From Octopus vulgaris (lineage: Eukaryota): DNA of 64,000 nucleotides. Below are positions 1 to 13,800 of this stretch, piece by piece. Made by a program: the position numbers and the translations under genes. Each line of letters starts with the position of its first letter. Positions within the stretch are counted from its first letter, which is position 1. The stretch spans positions 36,332,001-36,396,000 of the forward strand of contig OX597824.1 in assembly GCA_951406725.2 (NCBI GenBank). The letters run 5' to 3'. The notes below the pieces were generated by a model that saw nothing but the letters and a program-made list of their open reading frames with translations, searched no databases and was not told the DNA's origin.

Positions 1-560
1 GAGACATCATATGTAGTGTACAAAAGAGAAGAGTGCGCTAGTATGATCATGTAATGCGCATGAATTAAGACAGTTGCATCAAGAGATGCCGATCTCTAAT
101 TGTAGAGGGAAACTATGGAAGGAGTAGACTCAGGAAGACATGCAACGAACTGCTGAGAAAGGATCTTCGGAAGTTGGGCTTCAAAGAGGGTATGACAGGA
201 GACCGTGACTCTTAGCGGTTTGCTGTGCATAGAATGACACATCAAACTAAGTAAAATTGCGGTAGACCTTGCATAAAGGCATGTTCCCTGCATCTGTATC
301 CATTTAAGCGTTCCAAATCTTGCAGGCTCGTTGGTACTGGGGCTGCGCAAATGCACGCATGCTGGTGCTGCGTAGAAGCATTCAGTACATTCTGTAAAGT
401 GGTTGACGTTAGGAAGGGCATCCAGCCATGGAAGCCATATCAAGACAGACATGGTGCCTAGGCAACTCTTCAGCTGATCAGCTCCTGTCAAGCCGTCCAA
501 CACATGCCAGCAAGGAAAACGACGCTAAATGATGAGGATGACGACGATGATGACGAGGAG
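1..560 (+). mobile_element. Degenerate RTE-type LINE 3' end / SINE tail ending in (GAT/GAC/GAG)n; part of duplicated unit A
   Basis: Aligns by eye with 4317-4900, which is preceded by RTE-like coding remnants; (GAT)n-like tail at ~530-560. Confidence 0.55.
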
Positions 561-964
561 GAGAAGGGGAAGGAGGGATGCACGAGCTAAAATAACAGAG
601 TTGAGAAGGATATAAATTATTATTAACTTTACTTTATGCTGATTATTACTATTATAGTATTTAATCATTTGAAATGTAACCTATCAAGATTGGCTGTAAT
701 TTTTACTTAATGCATTCTGTAGTTTTAGCAATAAGAATTTAGAAAAAGAAAGAATTATTAAATAAACAAATACCTCGTTATTTCACCTTAAATGTCAGGT
801 ACCAATTTAGAAATGATGGAAAATAAATAATCTATTATTAATGTATGTAATGAAAGCAATTAGTTGGTATATCAATATAAAAATTCCTTCTCCCTAATTG
901 TTGTACCCTGAACTGACGTGGCTACTGAGAGGGTGGGTGACCCATGTAATAATTGTCTTGACAA

Positions 965-972
965 TATAAATA
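965..972 (+). promoter_or_regulatory. TATA box of M4 protease first-exon module A
   Basis: TATAAATA 83 bp upstream of ATG 1048; conserved at the same spacing in modules B, D and E. Confidence 0.6.
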
Positions 973-1047
973 TGAGTAAGAAACAATTGAATTAAACCAT
1001 GAGCTGGTTTTTGGACAGAGCATAATATTTGTGAATGCTTTGCAATC

Positions 1048-1096
1048 ATGAGGCATTTGTTGGTTATATTTTATTCCTGGCATCCCCTATTCGGCA
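1048..1096 (+). CDS. Signal-peptide micro-exon A (MRHLLVIFYSWHPLFG+a) of an M4 metalloprotease; no dedicated exon 2
   Basis: ATG plus 15 further mostly hydrophobic codons + A, then GTAAGT donor; phase 1 fits acceptor AG|GT TTG of exon 2 (A+GT = Ser); homologous to modules B-E. Confidence 0.7.
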
Positions 1097-2109
1097 GTAA
1101 GTATATTTTCTAGAATGTTTCATTGTTTAAATTTACATGTATTTTGATTTTGCATTTTCTTCTGGTGACAAACCACTCATTTCCCACATAGAATATTTTG
1201 TAGAAGTTTTGACTTATGGATTATTGTAGTACCTCTACTATTCTCTACCAAACCAAACTTGTAATCATCCTCAACTATTTCTCCTTTGTGACGAGCTCTA
1301 TCAACATGTTGCTGCCTTAGTTAAGACCCATTAGCACAAGAACGAGTCTTAACTATTCTGACATATTCCTTGGTTAAGCTGAATCACAAATTTTTTTCCT
1401 GTATTCCAGACCCAACTATATAGCTATGCAATTACTTCACAAATGATTGTGTCAGCATTACTCTTTCTCTCTCTCTCTCTCTCACTCTCTCTCTCTCTCT
1501 CTCTCACTCTCTCTCTCACTCTCTCTCAGAAACGACTTGTGCTCTTCATCTACTTTGTCAATTGTGACGCCTCGTCATTACTTTCCAACTGTCTCAAAAG
1601 ATTTGATGTAAAAAGAGAAGGTTAATAGTAACCAACAACTGGTTGTTAAGGATTATTTCTTTCTGTTTTATAATGAGGATAGTGGTGTAGATATCCATCA
1701 CCTGGATTTTTTCACCAGTACAAAAGATATCCATTCTTATCTGTTTGAGCTCCTTGAAAATTTGAGTTATATATGTTGTACCTACTTCCATACAAGGCGA
1801 ATGAGTGTTAAGGGGACAAAAGGGACCATATGCTTCACTACAAATTTGTGTTATATTCTGTTTTCATTCTGGGTTGAAACGTCTGCAATGGTGTAATTGA
1901 CGTAATTCTTAGGAATCTGATTAGAAAACCAGCTGAAAATGTGTAGTAATGTGCCTACGTGCATAATGTAGATCCGCATGAGATTTATGAAACAAATATT
2001 AAACAGCTACTTTTCGATTTGACACTACACATGCACAACAGAAATGGCCAATTTGACCAAAAGAACACATTTTTTTCAACTGAAGAGGCTTGTGTAGTTA
2101 CAAAAATTT

Positions 2110-2350
2110 GAAGTCAAAACGTAGCGGCAGATGAAATACCTATTTCTTTACTACCCACAAGAGGCTAAACACAGAGAGGATAAACAAGGACAGACAAACG
2201 GATTAAGTCGATTATATCAGCCCCAGTGCGTAACTGGTACTTATTTAATCGACCCCGAAAGGATGAAAGGCAAAGTCGACCTCGGCGGAATTTGAACTAA
2301 GAACGTAGTGGCAGACGAAATACTGGTAAGCATTTCGTTTGGCATGCTAA
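2110..2350 (-). mobile_element. Cephalopod-type tRNA-derived SINE
   Basis: Core ATCGACCCCGAAAGGATGAAAGGCAAAGTCGACCTCGGCGGAATTTGAACT recurs many times in the window; reverse complement contains B-box-like GTTCAAATTCC. Confidence 0.75.
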
Positions 2351-2507
2351 CCTGTCTTCAGAAATACTCCATCCTCAGTTGCTCTTTCATTTTCTTTTCC
2401 ATTGAACTCTAATATACCAAGGTATTTGTATCCTTCCGTTTCAATTTGCTTAATCAAATTTCTTGAGAGGAGTGAAACTGTATGGTACATTGTTAGCGAT
2501 GTTATCG

Positions 2508-2560
<53 letters not shown>

Positions 2561-2666
2561 TAACAACAACAACAACAACAATAACAATAATAATAATAAT
2601 AATAATAATAACAATAACAATAATAACAACAACAACAACAACAATAATAACAATAACAATAACAAG

Positions 2667-2704
<38 letters not shown>
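2508..2704. repeat. Compound (AAT)n/(AAC)n microsatellite
   Basis: Direct reading. Confidence 0.95.
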
Positions 2705-2705
<1 letters not shown>

Positions 2706-3009
2706 TTGGAGCATGCGAACAGTAAAGGTCATGTCTATAATAATTAGTGCACTGGGAACAGTAAGCGAAGACCAAATCAAATCGAATTTATTGGCAGAAG
2801 AGCACACTCTGCTTAAGAAGAACACAAATGGCTGAGGGGGATTGAAATAGAATGCCCGGTAGAGATCCTACAGAAAGTTTGTCTCCTAGGGACAGCAAGG
2901 ATTATTAGATGTGAGTTAGTGGGAGTACATGATTTTGCAGGTAATAATGTTAAATATCATTCCTGAAATACGTAACTGTAGCAGCCCAGAATTAAGTGTC
3001 TTCTCAGGG

Positions 3010-3420
3010 AAAGAATGGCTTTAGCAAAACCAAAGTCTTAGTGTCTTTACTGGTTAACAATGCCTTTAGTAATCTAAACACTACGTAGATTTAGAACAAT
3101 GGCTTTAGTAAACTTAACATTAAACCTATTCCTGTGGATCAATGTTTTGAAAACTTAAGCGTTGAGCATCTTTGTCGTTAGCATTTGCATTAGAAACTTA
3201 TATGTTAATTTTCTTTGATGGGTTCTATTGCTTTAGTAATCTAAATTTAAGTATCTTTCCCGGGATCAATGGCATTATCGTTCTAAATTTAAAAGTCTTT
3301 ACAAGGAACGATGGCTTTAATAATCTAATGTTCCTGCGGCAGCATTGCTGGAAATAATGGCCTTAGCAATCAACGGGTAAGATGTCATTGCTAGAAGTAA
3401 TGGATTTCATTATCTAAGTG
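3010..3420. repeat. Degenerate tandem repeat (AATGGCTTTAGTAATCTAAA-like motif, ~40-45 bp period) in the intron after micro-exon A
   Basis: Motif recurs at ~3014, 3059, 3098, 3227, 3268, 3311, 3356; single copies near 18997 and 49740 in the paralogous introns. Confidence 0.55.
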
Positions 3421-4019
3421 TTATATAACATTGTTGAGAACCGTGGCACTGGGAGCCCAAGATTTAAGTCAATTCTCTGAGAATACAATGCAGTACTTAT
3501 CACAGTTTTTGTATCAATTACCATTCATAATTATTGCAGTGATGTATAAATCTAAAAGAGCTATAATAGGAGCAATCTCTAGAGAAAATATTTGTAATGT
3601 GTTTAGAATTGCTAACTTGTTTTTTATCTGTTCTTTTGAAATAATTGTGAAACAATTTGTTTCTGGTGTATTTCTTCATTGAAATAAATTGATAATATAA
3701 AAATCAATGGAAATTATGAGATACAAAAGAGAAGGATAATGTTATTTAGAAGTCTGATTAGATGAATAGGAAACCCTTCTACAACAAAATGGTCATTATT
3801 GAGACCAGGATTTTACTGAGTGATGCCTCCAGCCCCCCTCTCTCTCTCTGACATTCTCTCACTCTTTCTCTTTCTGATTTGGAAGGCTGATAAATAATTT
3901 ATTTGAAAAGCTGAATTATGGGCTCAAGTATAAGAAATATCGAAGCTATAATTGAAAACACACAGCAATCATTACGTTCTCTCCATCAACAGTTGATCTT
4001 TTTTCTATTGCAGATTATT

Positions 4020-4900
4020 TGGTGGAAATTGTTCCAAAAGCAGAGCTGTTAGAATAAGAGTAGGCTGGGCAAATTTCAGAGAGTTGCTACCTTTGTTAGT
4101 AACAAAGGGTCTCTCCCTCAGAGTGTAAGGCAGATTGTATGATGCCTGTGTACGAACAGCTATGCTACATGACAGTGAAGCATGGGCTGTGACTCGTGAA
4201 GATATATGCACAGGCTTGAAAAAAAATGAAGCCAATATTCTCCGGAGGATGGGTAATATCAATATACATATACGACAAAAGGTAAGTGATTTGAGAAAAA
4301 ACTGGGTATACAATGCATCAGATGTAGTGTACAAAAGAGAAGACTGCGCTGGTATGGTCCTGTAATACGTATAAATGAAGAAAGCTACATCAAGAGATGT
4401 CGATCCCTAATTGTAGAGGGAACATATGGAAGGGGTAAACCCAGGAATACAAGCAACGAAGTGGTGAAAAAGAATTTTAAGAGGTTGAGCTTCACTGAGG
4501 GTAAGGCAGAGGACCAATACTTCTGGCGGTTTGCTGTGCTTGAGATGACACGTCAAGCTAAGTAAAATCGCGGTTGTCCTTGCATACAGCATGTCCCCGG
4601 CATCCTTCTCCATTTGAGTGTTCCAAATTTTGCAGGTTCGTGGGCACTGGTGTCACATAAAAGCACCTGTACTGGGGCCGTGTAAACGCATCCATGCTGG
4701 TGCTGCGTAAAAGCCCCCAGTACATTCTGTAAAGTGGTTGGCGTTAGGAAGGACATCCAGCCATGGAAACCATACCAAAACAGACATGAAATCTGGGCAG
4801 TTCTTCAGTTGCCCAGCCCCTGTCAAACAGTCCAGCTCATGCCAGCATGGAAAACAAAGTTAAATGATGATGATGATGATGAAGAGGAGGAGGAGGAATG
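4020..4900 (+). mobile_element. Degenerate RTE-type LINE 3' fragment with (GAT)n tail
   Basis: Remnants RVGWAKFRELLPLL, RLYDACVRTAMLHDSEAW, typical of RTE RT C-terminal region; frameshifted. Confidence 0.7.
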
Positions 4901-4949
4901 CACGGAAAAGTATTTCAGAAACTAAAATAATACAAAGTAGAAAAGGGTA

Positions 4950-5790
4950 TAAGTTATACGAGTCTGCATATTCTGTTTAAATGTCTACATAACTTTCTAA
5001 AGTTGTTATTAGTTCTTTTTCTCACCTCGTTTAGTTTTTCCGTAATAAAGTTTTGTTTTTTTATTCTCTATTGTAGTATCAGCGAATCAAATGACAGTGA
5101 TTACCTGATTTATTTTGCTCAACAAAATAGATTGCTATAAACCAAACTTGGGTAAAACATGAGTATTAAAATGCACTTTCTTCACTCACACCTCGACTAT
5201 TTCCCGAAGAACCGGGACATTCTAAGTAAGAGGCACAGTGAGACATTTTACCAGGACACTAAAGAAATGGAGCGAAGGTACCAGGGGAGGTGGAATGTAA
5301 ATATGATGGCAGATTACTGCTGGAGAGAGCTTACGTCAACAAACCGGAGACCCTGGTGCAACTGAAGGAGAACATCAATAAAGAAATCAGAGAAGTGGGG
5401 TTTGAAACACTTGAGAGTATGGTGGTGCAAGTTTTGGAAAGAACACAGGCGAGCGAAGCCGAAAATGACTGGCATTTAAGCGATGTCATTTTTTTAAATA
5501 TATGATGTAGTAATGTTACAAAATTTGACTTGTGCATATTAATTTCCATTATGTTCTTTATATTGTATCAAAATTTCATGCATTTATTTGTAAAGTTAAG
5601 GAAGTTATTAAAAATTGAAACCCATCAGAAACTTTTGGGACACCCTGTATATTTGGCAGCCATTTGTCCAAATTCTGTAATTGATAGACGAAAATTAAAA
5701 TCATATTTGAAATCAGTATAAAAAATGGATCAGAATCACTTATAAATAGACAGTAACCATTTAGTTAATTTCAAAATGCAGTCTTGCGTT
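4950..5790 (+). mobile_element. Nested DNA transposon fragments: Chapaev3-like transposase C-terminus (5159-5325) plus Tc1/mariner C-terminus and TIR (5330-5650)
   Basis: MSIKMHFLHSHLDYFP...FYQD.KEMERRYQGRWNVNMMADYCW; AYVNKPETLVQLKENI; terminal GGGACACCCTGTA; block absent from unit A. Confidence 0.6.
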
Positions 5791-6123
5791 ATTTTACTCT
5801 ATGCTGATTATTACTATTATAGTATTTAGTTATCTATAATGAAACCTATCAAGATTAGTTCTAATTTTTATTGAGTGGATTCTGTAGTTTTAGCAGTAAG
5901 AATTTACTAGAAAGAATAACCAAGTAAACAAATATTCGTTTATTCACCTTAAATGTCAGGGATCAATTTAGAAATGATGGGGTGTAAAATAACCTATTAT
6001 TATGTAATGAAAGCAATTATTTGGTGTATTAACACTTCTTCTCTCCAGTTGTTGATAAGCTGTACCCTAAATTAACGCGGGTATTTTAAGAGTGGTTGAC
6101 CCATGTAATGATTGTGCTGACAA

Positions 6124-6131
6124 TATAAATA
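6124..6131 (+). promoter_or_regulatory. TATA box of first-exon module B
   Basis: TATAAATA at the position homologous to module A. Confidence 0.6.
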
Positions 6132-6209
6132 GGATTCAGGAACGAATGTGTCAAACCTTGAGCTGGTTTTTGGACAGAGCATAAATTTTGGGAATATTCT
6201 GCAATCAAG

Positions 6210-6255
6210 ATGCATTTGTCGGTTATGCTTTATTCCTGGTATCTCCTATTTGGAA
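6210..6255 (+). CDS. Signal-peptide micro-exon B (MHLSVMLYSWYLLFG+a); nearest candidate exon 1 of M4 gene 1 (intron 6256-19692)
   Basis: ATG...GGA A|GTAAGT; in frame with acceptor at 19692, giving MHLSVMLYSWYLLFGSLLLIKTSEA-AYR (652 aa precursor). Confidence 0.72.
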
Positions 6256-7141
6256 GTAAGTATATTTTCAAGAATTTTTCATTGTATAAATTTACGTGTA
6301 TTTTAATTTTGCATTTTCTTATGATGACAAACGACTCATTTTCCACATAAAATATTTTGTAGAAGATTTGACTTATGGATTATTGTAACATCTCTGCTAT
6401 TCTCTATCTAACCGAACTTGTAATCATCCTCAACTATTTCTCCTTTGTGACTAGATCTATCAACATGTTGCTGCCTTAGTTAAGACCCATCAGCACATGA
6501 ATGAGTCTTAACTATTGTAACTTATCCATTGGTTATGTTGAATCACAAATGTTTTTCCTGTTTTATAAACCCAATTATATAGCTATACAATTGCTCCCCA
6601 GATGACTGTGTCGACACTACTTTTCTCTCCCCCTCTCTCTCTCTCTCTTGCTAACAACTTGTTCCTTTCATCTGCTTTGCCGGTTCGGTTCGTTCCTCTG
6701 CATTCCTGGTGGGCTACGTCATTATCATTCAACTGATTCAATAGGCTTGCTGTAAAAGGAAAAGGTTAATGGGTACTTGCCACTGGTTGTTAAGGATTAT
6801 GTCTTGTTGTTATACTATAAGAATAGTGGTGTAAATATCAATCACCTGACTTTTCACCTGTGCAAACGATTATCCACTCTTATTTGTTTGAGTTCTTTGG
6901 AAATCTGAGATGTATATGTTGTACCCACATCCATGCTAGGTGAATGAGTGTTAAGGAGACAACAGGAACCATGAGCTTCACCGCCAATTGATGTAATATT
7001 TTGTTCTTATTCTGAGTTAAAATCTCTGCAATTATGCAATTGACAGAAACTATATGAATCTGATCAGAAAACCAGCAGGAAATGTGTAGTAATGAGCCTA
7101 CGTGTGTGCGTGTTTGTATGTGTGTGTTTGTGTGAGTGTGC

Positions 7142-7216
<75 letters not shown>

Positions 7217-7539
7217 TATATAAATCAAACGAAGGAAAAAACAATTCCTTCAAAGGGATGTAAAACCTCCAATTCACTGGTATAATAGTTGAATACCACA
7301 GATAAAAGGGTATAATTATAATATACAAATATTAAATGAAATTGATAAATACAATTGATAAACTAAAATTTATTTACATTATAATATAATATAATATAAT
7401 ATAATATAATATAATGTAACATAACAAATCTTCAAAAACCACATATAAAGCCAACAATTTCTTTCGACTTATATACAGTAATGAAGTTATATAAATTCCT
7501 CTCTATGTATAAAAGCCTCGTCAGGGCTATGGTTAAAGA

Positions 7540-7870
7540 AAAAAAAAAACGAAATTCCTTATAAAGACTGCCAATCTGCAGAAATACTGATTCAATAATA
7601 CCTATGTTTAGAAGCACGAGCGTTAATAATTCAAATACGTAATAAGTACTATAAAAAGAAAACAAAATTCAAATGGATAAAAAAATTAAATAAAGATTTA
7701 CAAAAAAAAAAAGACGAAATTCCATGTAAGGACTGCCAAACGGCAGAAATACTGATTCAATAATACCTATGTTTAGAAGCACGAGCGTTAATAATTCAAA
7801 TACATAATAAGTACAATAAAAAGAAAAGCAAAATTCAAATGGATAAAAAGATTAAATAAAGATTTATAAC
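7540..7870. repeat. Local ~170 bp tandem duplication
   Basis: CAGAAATACTGATTCAATAATACCTATGTTTAGAAGCACGAGCGTTAATAATTC occurs at ~7579 and ~7744. Confidence 0.85.
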
Positions 7871-7994
7871 AGTCATAAAATGTTCTTATGAATCTCCAAC
7901 AACATTTATCTAAAAGTATTTTAATCGAAAATGATCACTGGCTACTGACCATTTTATAATATAATATCTATTATAATATATGTAATATATTCTT

Positions 7995-8205
7995 TTCTAC
8001 TTTAGGCACAAGGCCCAAAATTTTGGGGGAAGGAGCCAGTTGATTAGATCGACCCCAGTAAGCAACTGCTACTTAATTTATCGAACCCGAAAGGATGAAA
8101 AGCAAAGTCGACCTTGGCGGAATTTGAACTTAGAACGTAAAGACAGACGAAATACCCCTAAGCATTTCGCCCAACGTGCTAACGTTTCTGCCATCTCACC
8201 GCTTT
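7995..8205 (-). mobile_element. Cephalopod-type SINE
   Basis: Same core as 2110-2350. Confidence 0.75.
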
Positions 8206-8688
8206 ATAATATATAATATATTAAACATAAAAAAATTTATGGAGTAGAAAGTATATTTTATTTAAAATTATTATATATTAGATGAAAAAAGATAAATAAG
8301 GATATCTTTAATTCTGTCACTAAATTCTCTATTCAAATACAAAGCACGCCGATGTTAAACAAATGGATAAATTTACGTTTATTATATAACTATACCCATT
8401 TTATACATGATAAAGATAATGATATATAAATAAATATAGTATCAGAGTTTCACTTAGTTTTACAGAAGGAGAAAGATTATGTTAATCCAATATTTTTATT
8501 CTATAAATTTATATACGTATACACATTCGAAAGAATATAATGTTAGTATATCTACTAAATATTCATGGGTACTACAATAATATTCAAATATGGATAATTA
8601 TTCAAAAAGATATATAATTATATATAATGATAGTATATAACTACACTCACTTTTTTCTTACTGATATAAACATTATTCAAAATAACTA

Positions 8689-9963
8689 TCAGGTCATCCC
8701 ATAAGTTCTGTCCGATTTTACCTGTTTTAAAATTTAATGAAATTTAATAGTATTTTAGAATGTCTAATGGAATAAAATTGTTTTAATGTATTTGTGTATA
8801 TTTAAACTAATTAAATATTATTTTACAAAATAATAGAATTAAAATTTCTTTGTTTAAAATCCTTTCTAACATGGACGTATCCAAAGAGCATTTGAAGCAC
8901 ATAATGCTTTATGAGTACAAAAAAAAGGAAACTCTGCAGCCGAAGCGACTCGAAACATACACTCAGTTTATGGGAAATAATGCTTAAATGAAAGAACTTG
9001 CAGAAGAGGGTTTGCAAAATTCAGAAGTGGAGATTTCAGCCTTGAAGTTGAAGATCGAACAGCACGTCCACTTGAGTTTGATGATAAGCTCCTTGAGGCA
9101 TTACTTGGAGAAAATCCTGCATTATCAGTTAAAGAATTGGCAATAAAGCTTAGTTCAAACCATACAACTGTTCATCGTCATCTTCAACAACTTGGAAAGG
9201 TTCCTAAACTTGGAAAATGAGTGCCTCATGAATTGTCCGAAAGCAACCGCAAATCCCGAGTTGATATCTGCTCTTCTCTCCATTCTCGTGAACTCATTTC
9301 ACCCATTTTGGATAGACTTGTCACTAGTGACGAAAAATAGATCTTCTATCGAAATGTTAAACGTTGAAAACAGTGGCTTGGTAAAAGGGAAAAAGCTCAA
9401 CTACAATCAAGAAGGGAACTTCATGGGAAAAAGGTTCTTCTCTCTATCAGATGGGATTGCAAAGGAATAATTCACATTGAATTGCTACTACCTAATGCAA
9501 CAATCAATGCTCAAGTCTATTGTCAGCAATTAGAGCGTTTGAACCAAGCTTTGAAGAAAAAATGACATGCTTTAGTGAATCGAAAAGGAGTGATGTTTCA
9601 TCAGGACAATGCGCGACCCTACACTGCAAAGATTACATCACAGAAGCTCGGAGATTTTGGTTTTGAAAAAATTCCTCATCCACCTTATTCTCCCGACCTT
9701 ACTCCTTCAGACTACCATTTGCTTCGTAGTTTACAGAATCATTTGGGGGACATATCTTTCGCAAGCCTGGAGGAGGTCGAAACTGACAATTCAGAGTTCT
9801 TCGCTTTGAAACCATTGATGGGATTAAAAAGCTTGTAAATAGATGGAAGGAAGTCATAGATAATCAGAGAAAGTACATTGATGATTAAATTTTAATTAAA
9901 TATAACATTTGATTACTTGTTTTCTTTATTCAAAATTCGGACAGAACTTATGGGATGACCTGA
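8689..9963 (+). mobile_element. Full-length decayed mariner (DD34D) transposon with TIRs and TA target duplication
   Basis: TA-TCAGGTCATCCCATAAGTTCTGTCCGA...TCGGACAGAACTTATGGGATGACCTGA-TA; motifs VPHEL, HQDNARP, HPPYSPDLTPSDYHL; stops and frameshifts. Confidence 0.93.
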
Positions 9964-11017
9964 TAACAAGTAAAGATACCAGTTTACTTAGTTAATCTGA
10001 AGAAAAATTTCCGTAAATAAACTAAACAAAAATATAGAGCTACGATAATTATAAACTATATCATTTCTAAGAGAAAGAGAAAATAAGCTATAAATAAAAA
10101 AAAATATATATAATTTTACTAAGTTTTTTGAAAGGAACGAAATTAGAGTAAAGCAATAGTTATAAAATAGACGGGAAGTCGTACTTGCAATAGAAAAGTT
10201 TTAGATCACCATATGGCATTATATAAAATTATTTATTTATTATTATTGTTGTTGTTGTTGTTGTTATCATCATTAATTAATAAATTCAATTTGTATATTT
10301 ATAGATGTATAATCATTTAATATAATGAAGATAGCGTACTTAAAACTTATAATTTAAATTTAACTACGAATATAGCAATATATTTTACACCCAAGACAAA
10401 TATCTTCATTGGTACTTAACATGAAATATAAATTAATCCACTAAAAAATTTTCAGATATCCACATTAACATACTATTTTAAAATTACAAGTCTATAGTCA
10501 CAATAAAAGAAATTTGCAAATGATTCAGTATAAAAACAAAGACATATTTTGCTTCAAGCAATAAAAATTCAGTTTGAATAAAAAATTTATAACTCGTTCA
10601 GTATAATAACAAATAATTTGGCCCCTAACGCAATTACGTTAAGTAATGCTGTCACATTATACATTTAGGGAGATTTATTGATACATTTTTTATTTTATTT
10701 GTCCATTATGTAATAAACACGTGTACAAATTACATATATAAAATATATGATTACATATATAAAATATATATATATTACATATATAAAAAAAATATATATA
10801 TTACATATATAAAATATATGTACAAGTTACATATATAAAATATATAATTACATATATAACATACATGTGTAGTTTTTTTTTCATTCTCTCTCTGTTTATT
10901 TTCTCTTATTCTTTTCTGTTGAAGAGCGTGGGCTCGAAACGTAAAAAACTTTTTAATTTTCCCGAGCGTCAAACTAATACATTTGCTTGTCGTTCATACA
11001 CCTGTCTTTGTTTTTTG

Positions 11018-11435
<418 letters not shown>

Positions 11436-11439
11436 TTTT

Positions 11440-12980
11440 GATACTTTGATAGGTTTCGGCCATTATTGGCCCAGGCCATGTCTAACCTAATAGCACCACC
11501 TGGTGAAGTCTTTCAAGTCAGAATTTGGGCACTATGGCCCACTCAAGTAGAAAGTTAATGTTTACAGAGACATATCCGGGTGTAGGGGGTTTATCCGGGA
11601 TTTCTTGAAGGAATCTGTCCAAAGACTTCTTGAGCCCTATAGGGTCTGTTTCTGTTTTAATGTGTTTTGGTGTAATGTAAAGAGAGCGGGGCCAATTGAG
11701 GTGAAATAATTGTGCCGTATTGTTGTTATGAGATGAGAGTGCGATTTTTGTTTTGGGCGGATGGCACGGGGCCCAAGACTTGGATGTACCTTAAAGGTGA
11801 TGCCAACATCATTTGGGCAATGCTGATGGAATATTTTCCACATCATGCAGATGATGTAGCGCTCACGGCGACGTTGGAGAGAATAAAGTTTTAGCTTTTC
11901 TAGTCGACCCCAATAGTCGAGGCCTGTCATGCCATCTATCTTTTTTGTGATTGCCCTTTGAGGTGCTTCAACTTTTATGATACTTTGTTTTGTGTGGGGA
12001 GACCACAGTGGACAACAGTATTCAAGGTGGGGTCGGGCAAAAGTGGAGAAGAGAAGGATAATGGTGTGGATATCTCTCGACTGGAAAGTTCTGAGAATCC
12101 AGGAACACATTCTGCGGGCCATGTCAACTTTGGTGTTTATATGAGTGGCCCAGCTTATGTTGTTGTCCACAATTACTCCCAAGTCTCTGATGTTGTTGGA
12201 TGCCACGAGAGTTTCACCTGAAGGAAGGGAGTATGGGAGTTTCAGGGCATCCTCTTTTCCAAAGTGGATTAACTCGACTTTATCCTCGTTCAGCAGCATA
12301 TTGTTTTTTTCTGCCCATTGGATAACAGCTAGTAGATCTGACTGAAGGCATGTCCGGTCACTCGCCTCATTTATGACCTTCTGGAGCTTGGAATCATCTG
12401 CAAAGATTTTTATGTTGCTGTGCTTGATGATGTCATTAATGTCATTAATGTAGATGATGAAAAGAAGTGGGCCCAGCACAGTGCCTTGCGGAACGCCACT
12501 ACTGACTTTGGCTGGGCTTGATTTTAACCCTTCAACTACATGTTGAGATCTGTCTGTCAGGAAACACTTGATCCATTTCAGTAACTTTCCAGAGACACCA
12601 ATGTTGGATAGTTTTTTCAATAGGATCTTGTGATCAACCCTGTCGAAGGCCTTGCTGAAATCAAGGTAGATGACATCGGTGTTGGAGCCCTCTCCTAAAG
12701 CTCTCAAAATGTCATCAAAGTGATGCAGGAGCTGCGTTAGGCAGACCCTTCCATTACGGAACCCATGTTGGTTAGAGATCAGCCGTCTGTTGCTTTCCAG
12801 AAATTGGGTTATTCGAGATCTCACCACCCTCTCAAATACCTTGATGATATAAGAGGTGAGTGAGATCGGACGGTAGTTCACTGCAAGGGACTTGTTTCCC
12901 TTTTTGAAAACTGGGACAGAAAGTTTTTAGGAATATAGCCAGCATCCAGTGAGTTTCTCCACAGATTAGCATGGGGAGAT
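11440..12980 (-). mobile_element. 5'-truncated CR1/L2/Jockey-group LINE; reverse transcriptase ORF 11637-12881
   Basis: NYRPISLTS, YLDFSKAFDRVDH, GVPQGTVLGPLLF, FADD, DLGV, RPHLEYC; 414 aa uninterrupted. Confidence 0.92.
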
Positions 12981-13435
12981 GCAAGTTGGTGTTGACACAC
13001 CTTCAGGACACAAGCAGGGAACCTATGTATATCCGCATAAAAATATACTCATATATAGATACATATATACAGATAAATCCACATACACATACATGCATAC
13101 ATACATAAATACATGCATACATACATACATACATACATACATACATACATACATACATACATACATACAAACATATATACATATATATATATATATAGTC
13201 ACATAATCCATAAAAAAAACTAGATATACATATATATCATATATTTACGTATGCGCTGATGTCACTTAAAGATTGGACAAAATTTGGCATGGTGATGTTG
13301 TCAAGTACCTGCAGAAAATGGGTCTAGTCCCCAAGATCATTCATGCTGCCGTGGTACCTACATTAAAGAGCGATGGTCCAGATTTATCAACAGTGCAAAA
13401 GCTGACTGCTTAATCTAGGAGATGAATGGAGAGTC

Positions 13436-13800
13436 GTGAAGCTCACTCAGCTTAGATGGTTAGGTCTTCTCTCATGTATGAGTGATATCAGAATTTCGAA
13501 GCAACTACTCTTTGACCAATTCCCAACAGGAAGATCATTTAGAAGGCTACTCTTATGCTTCAAAGGCAAACTAAAAGACAATTTGAAGCGATGCAACATT
13601 CCCTTTTCTCCATTAGAAAGCAAAGCATCAGAACGCAGGACCTGGCGCCAGTCCTGCTTCACCTCAGTTCAAAGATTTGAACAAAGTCAACTTCAACATC
13701 AGGACCAACTTTGTACAAGTATGAAGGCACGCTGGCAAAACGATGCGTCCTCTAAATGAAGATCTTACCTGTCATTGTGGTTTTGTGCCGTCCACTCAAG
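13436..13800 (+). mobile_element. RTE-type LINE 3' fragment
   Basis: QLRWLG..CMSDIRISKQLLF...KDNLKRCNI...WRQ, RTE C-terminal pattern. Confidence 0.65.

Noticed and set aside
2347-2835. Poly-N, poly-L and poly-C/Y ORFs
   Set aside because: Trinucleotide microsatellite artefacts
11637-12881. Domesticated or bacterial-type reverse transcriptase gene
   Set aside because: Ordinary 5'-truncated LINE RT lacking endonuclease and a true start, with a frameshifted C-terminus
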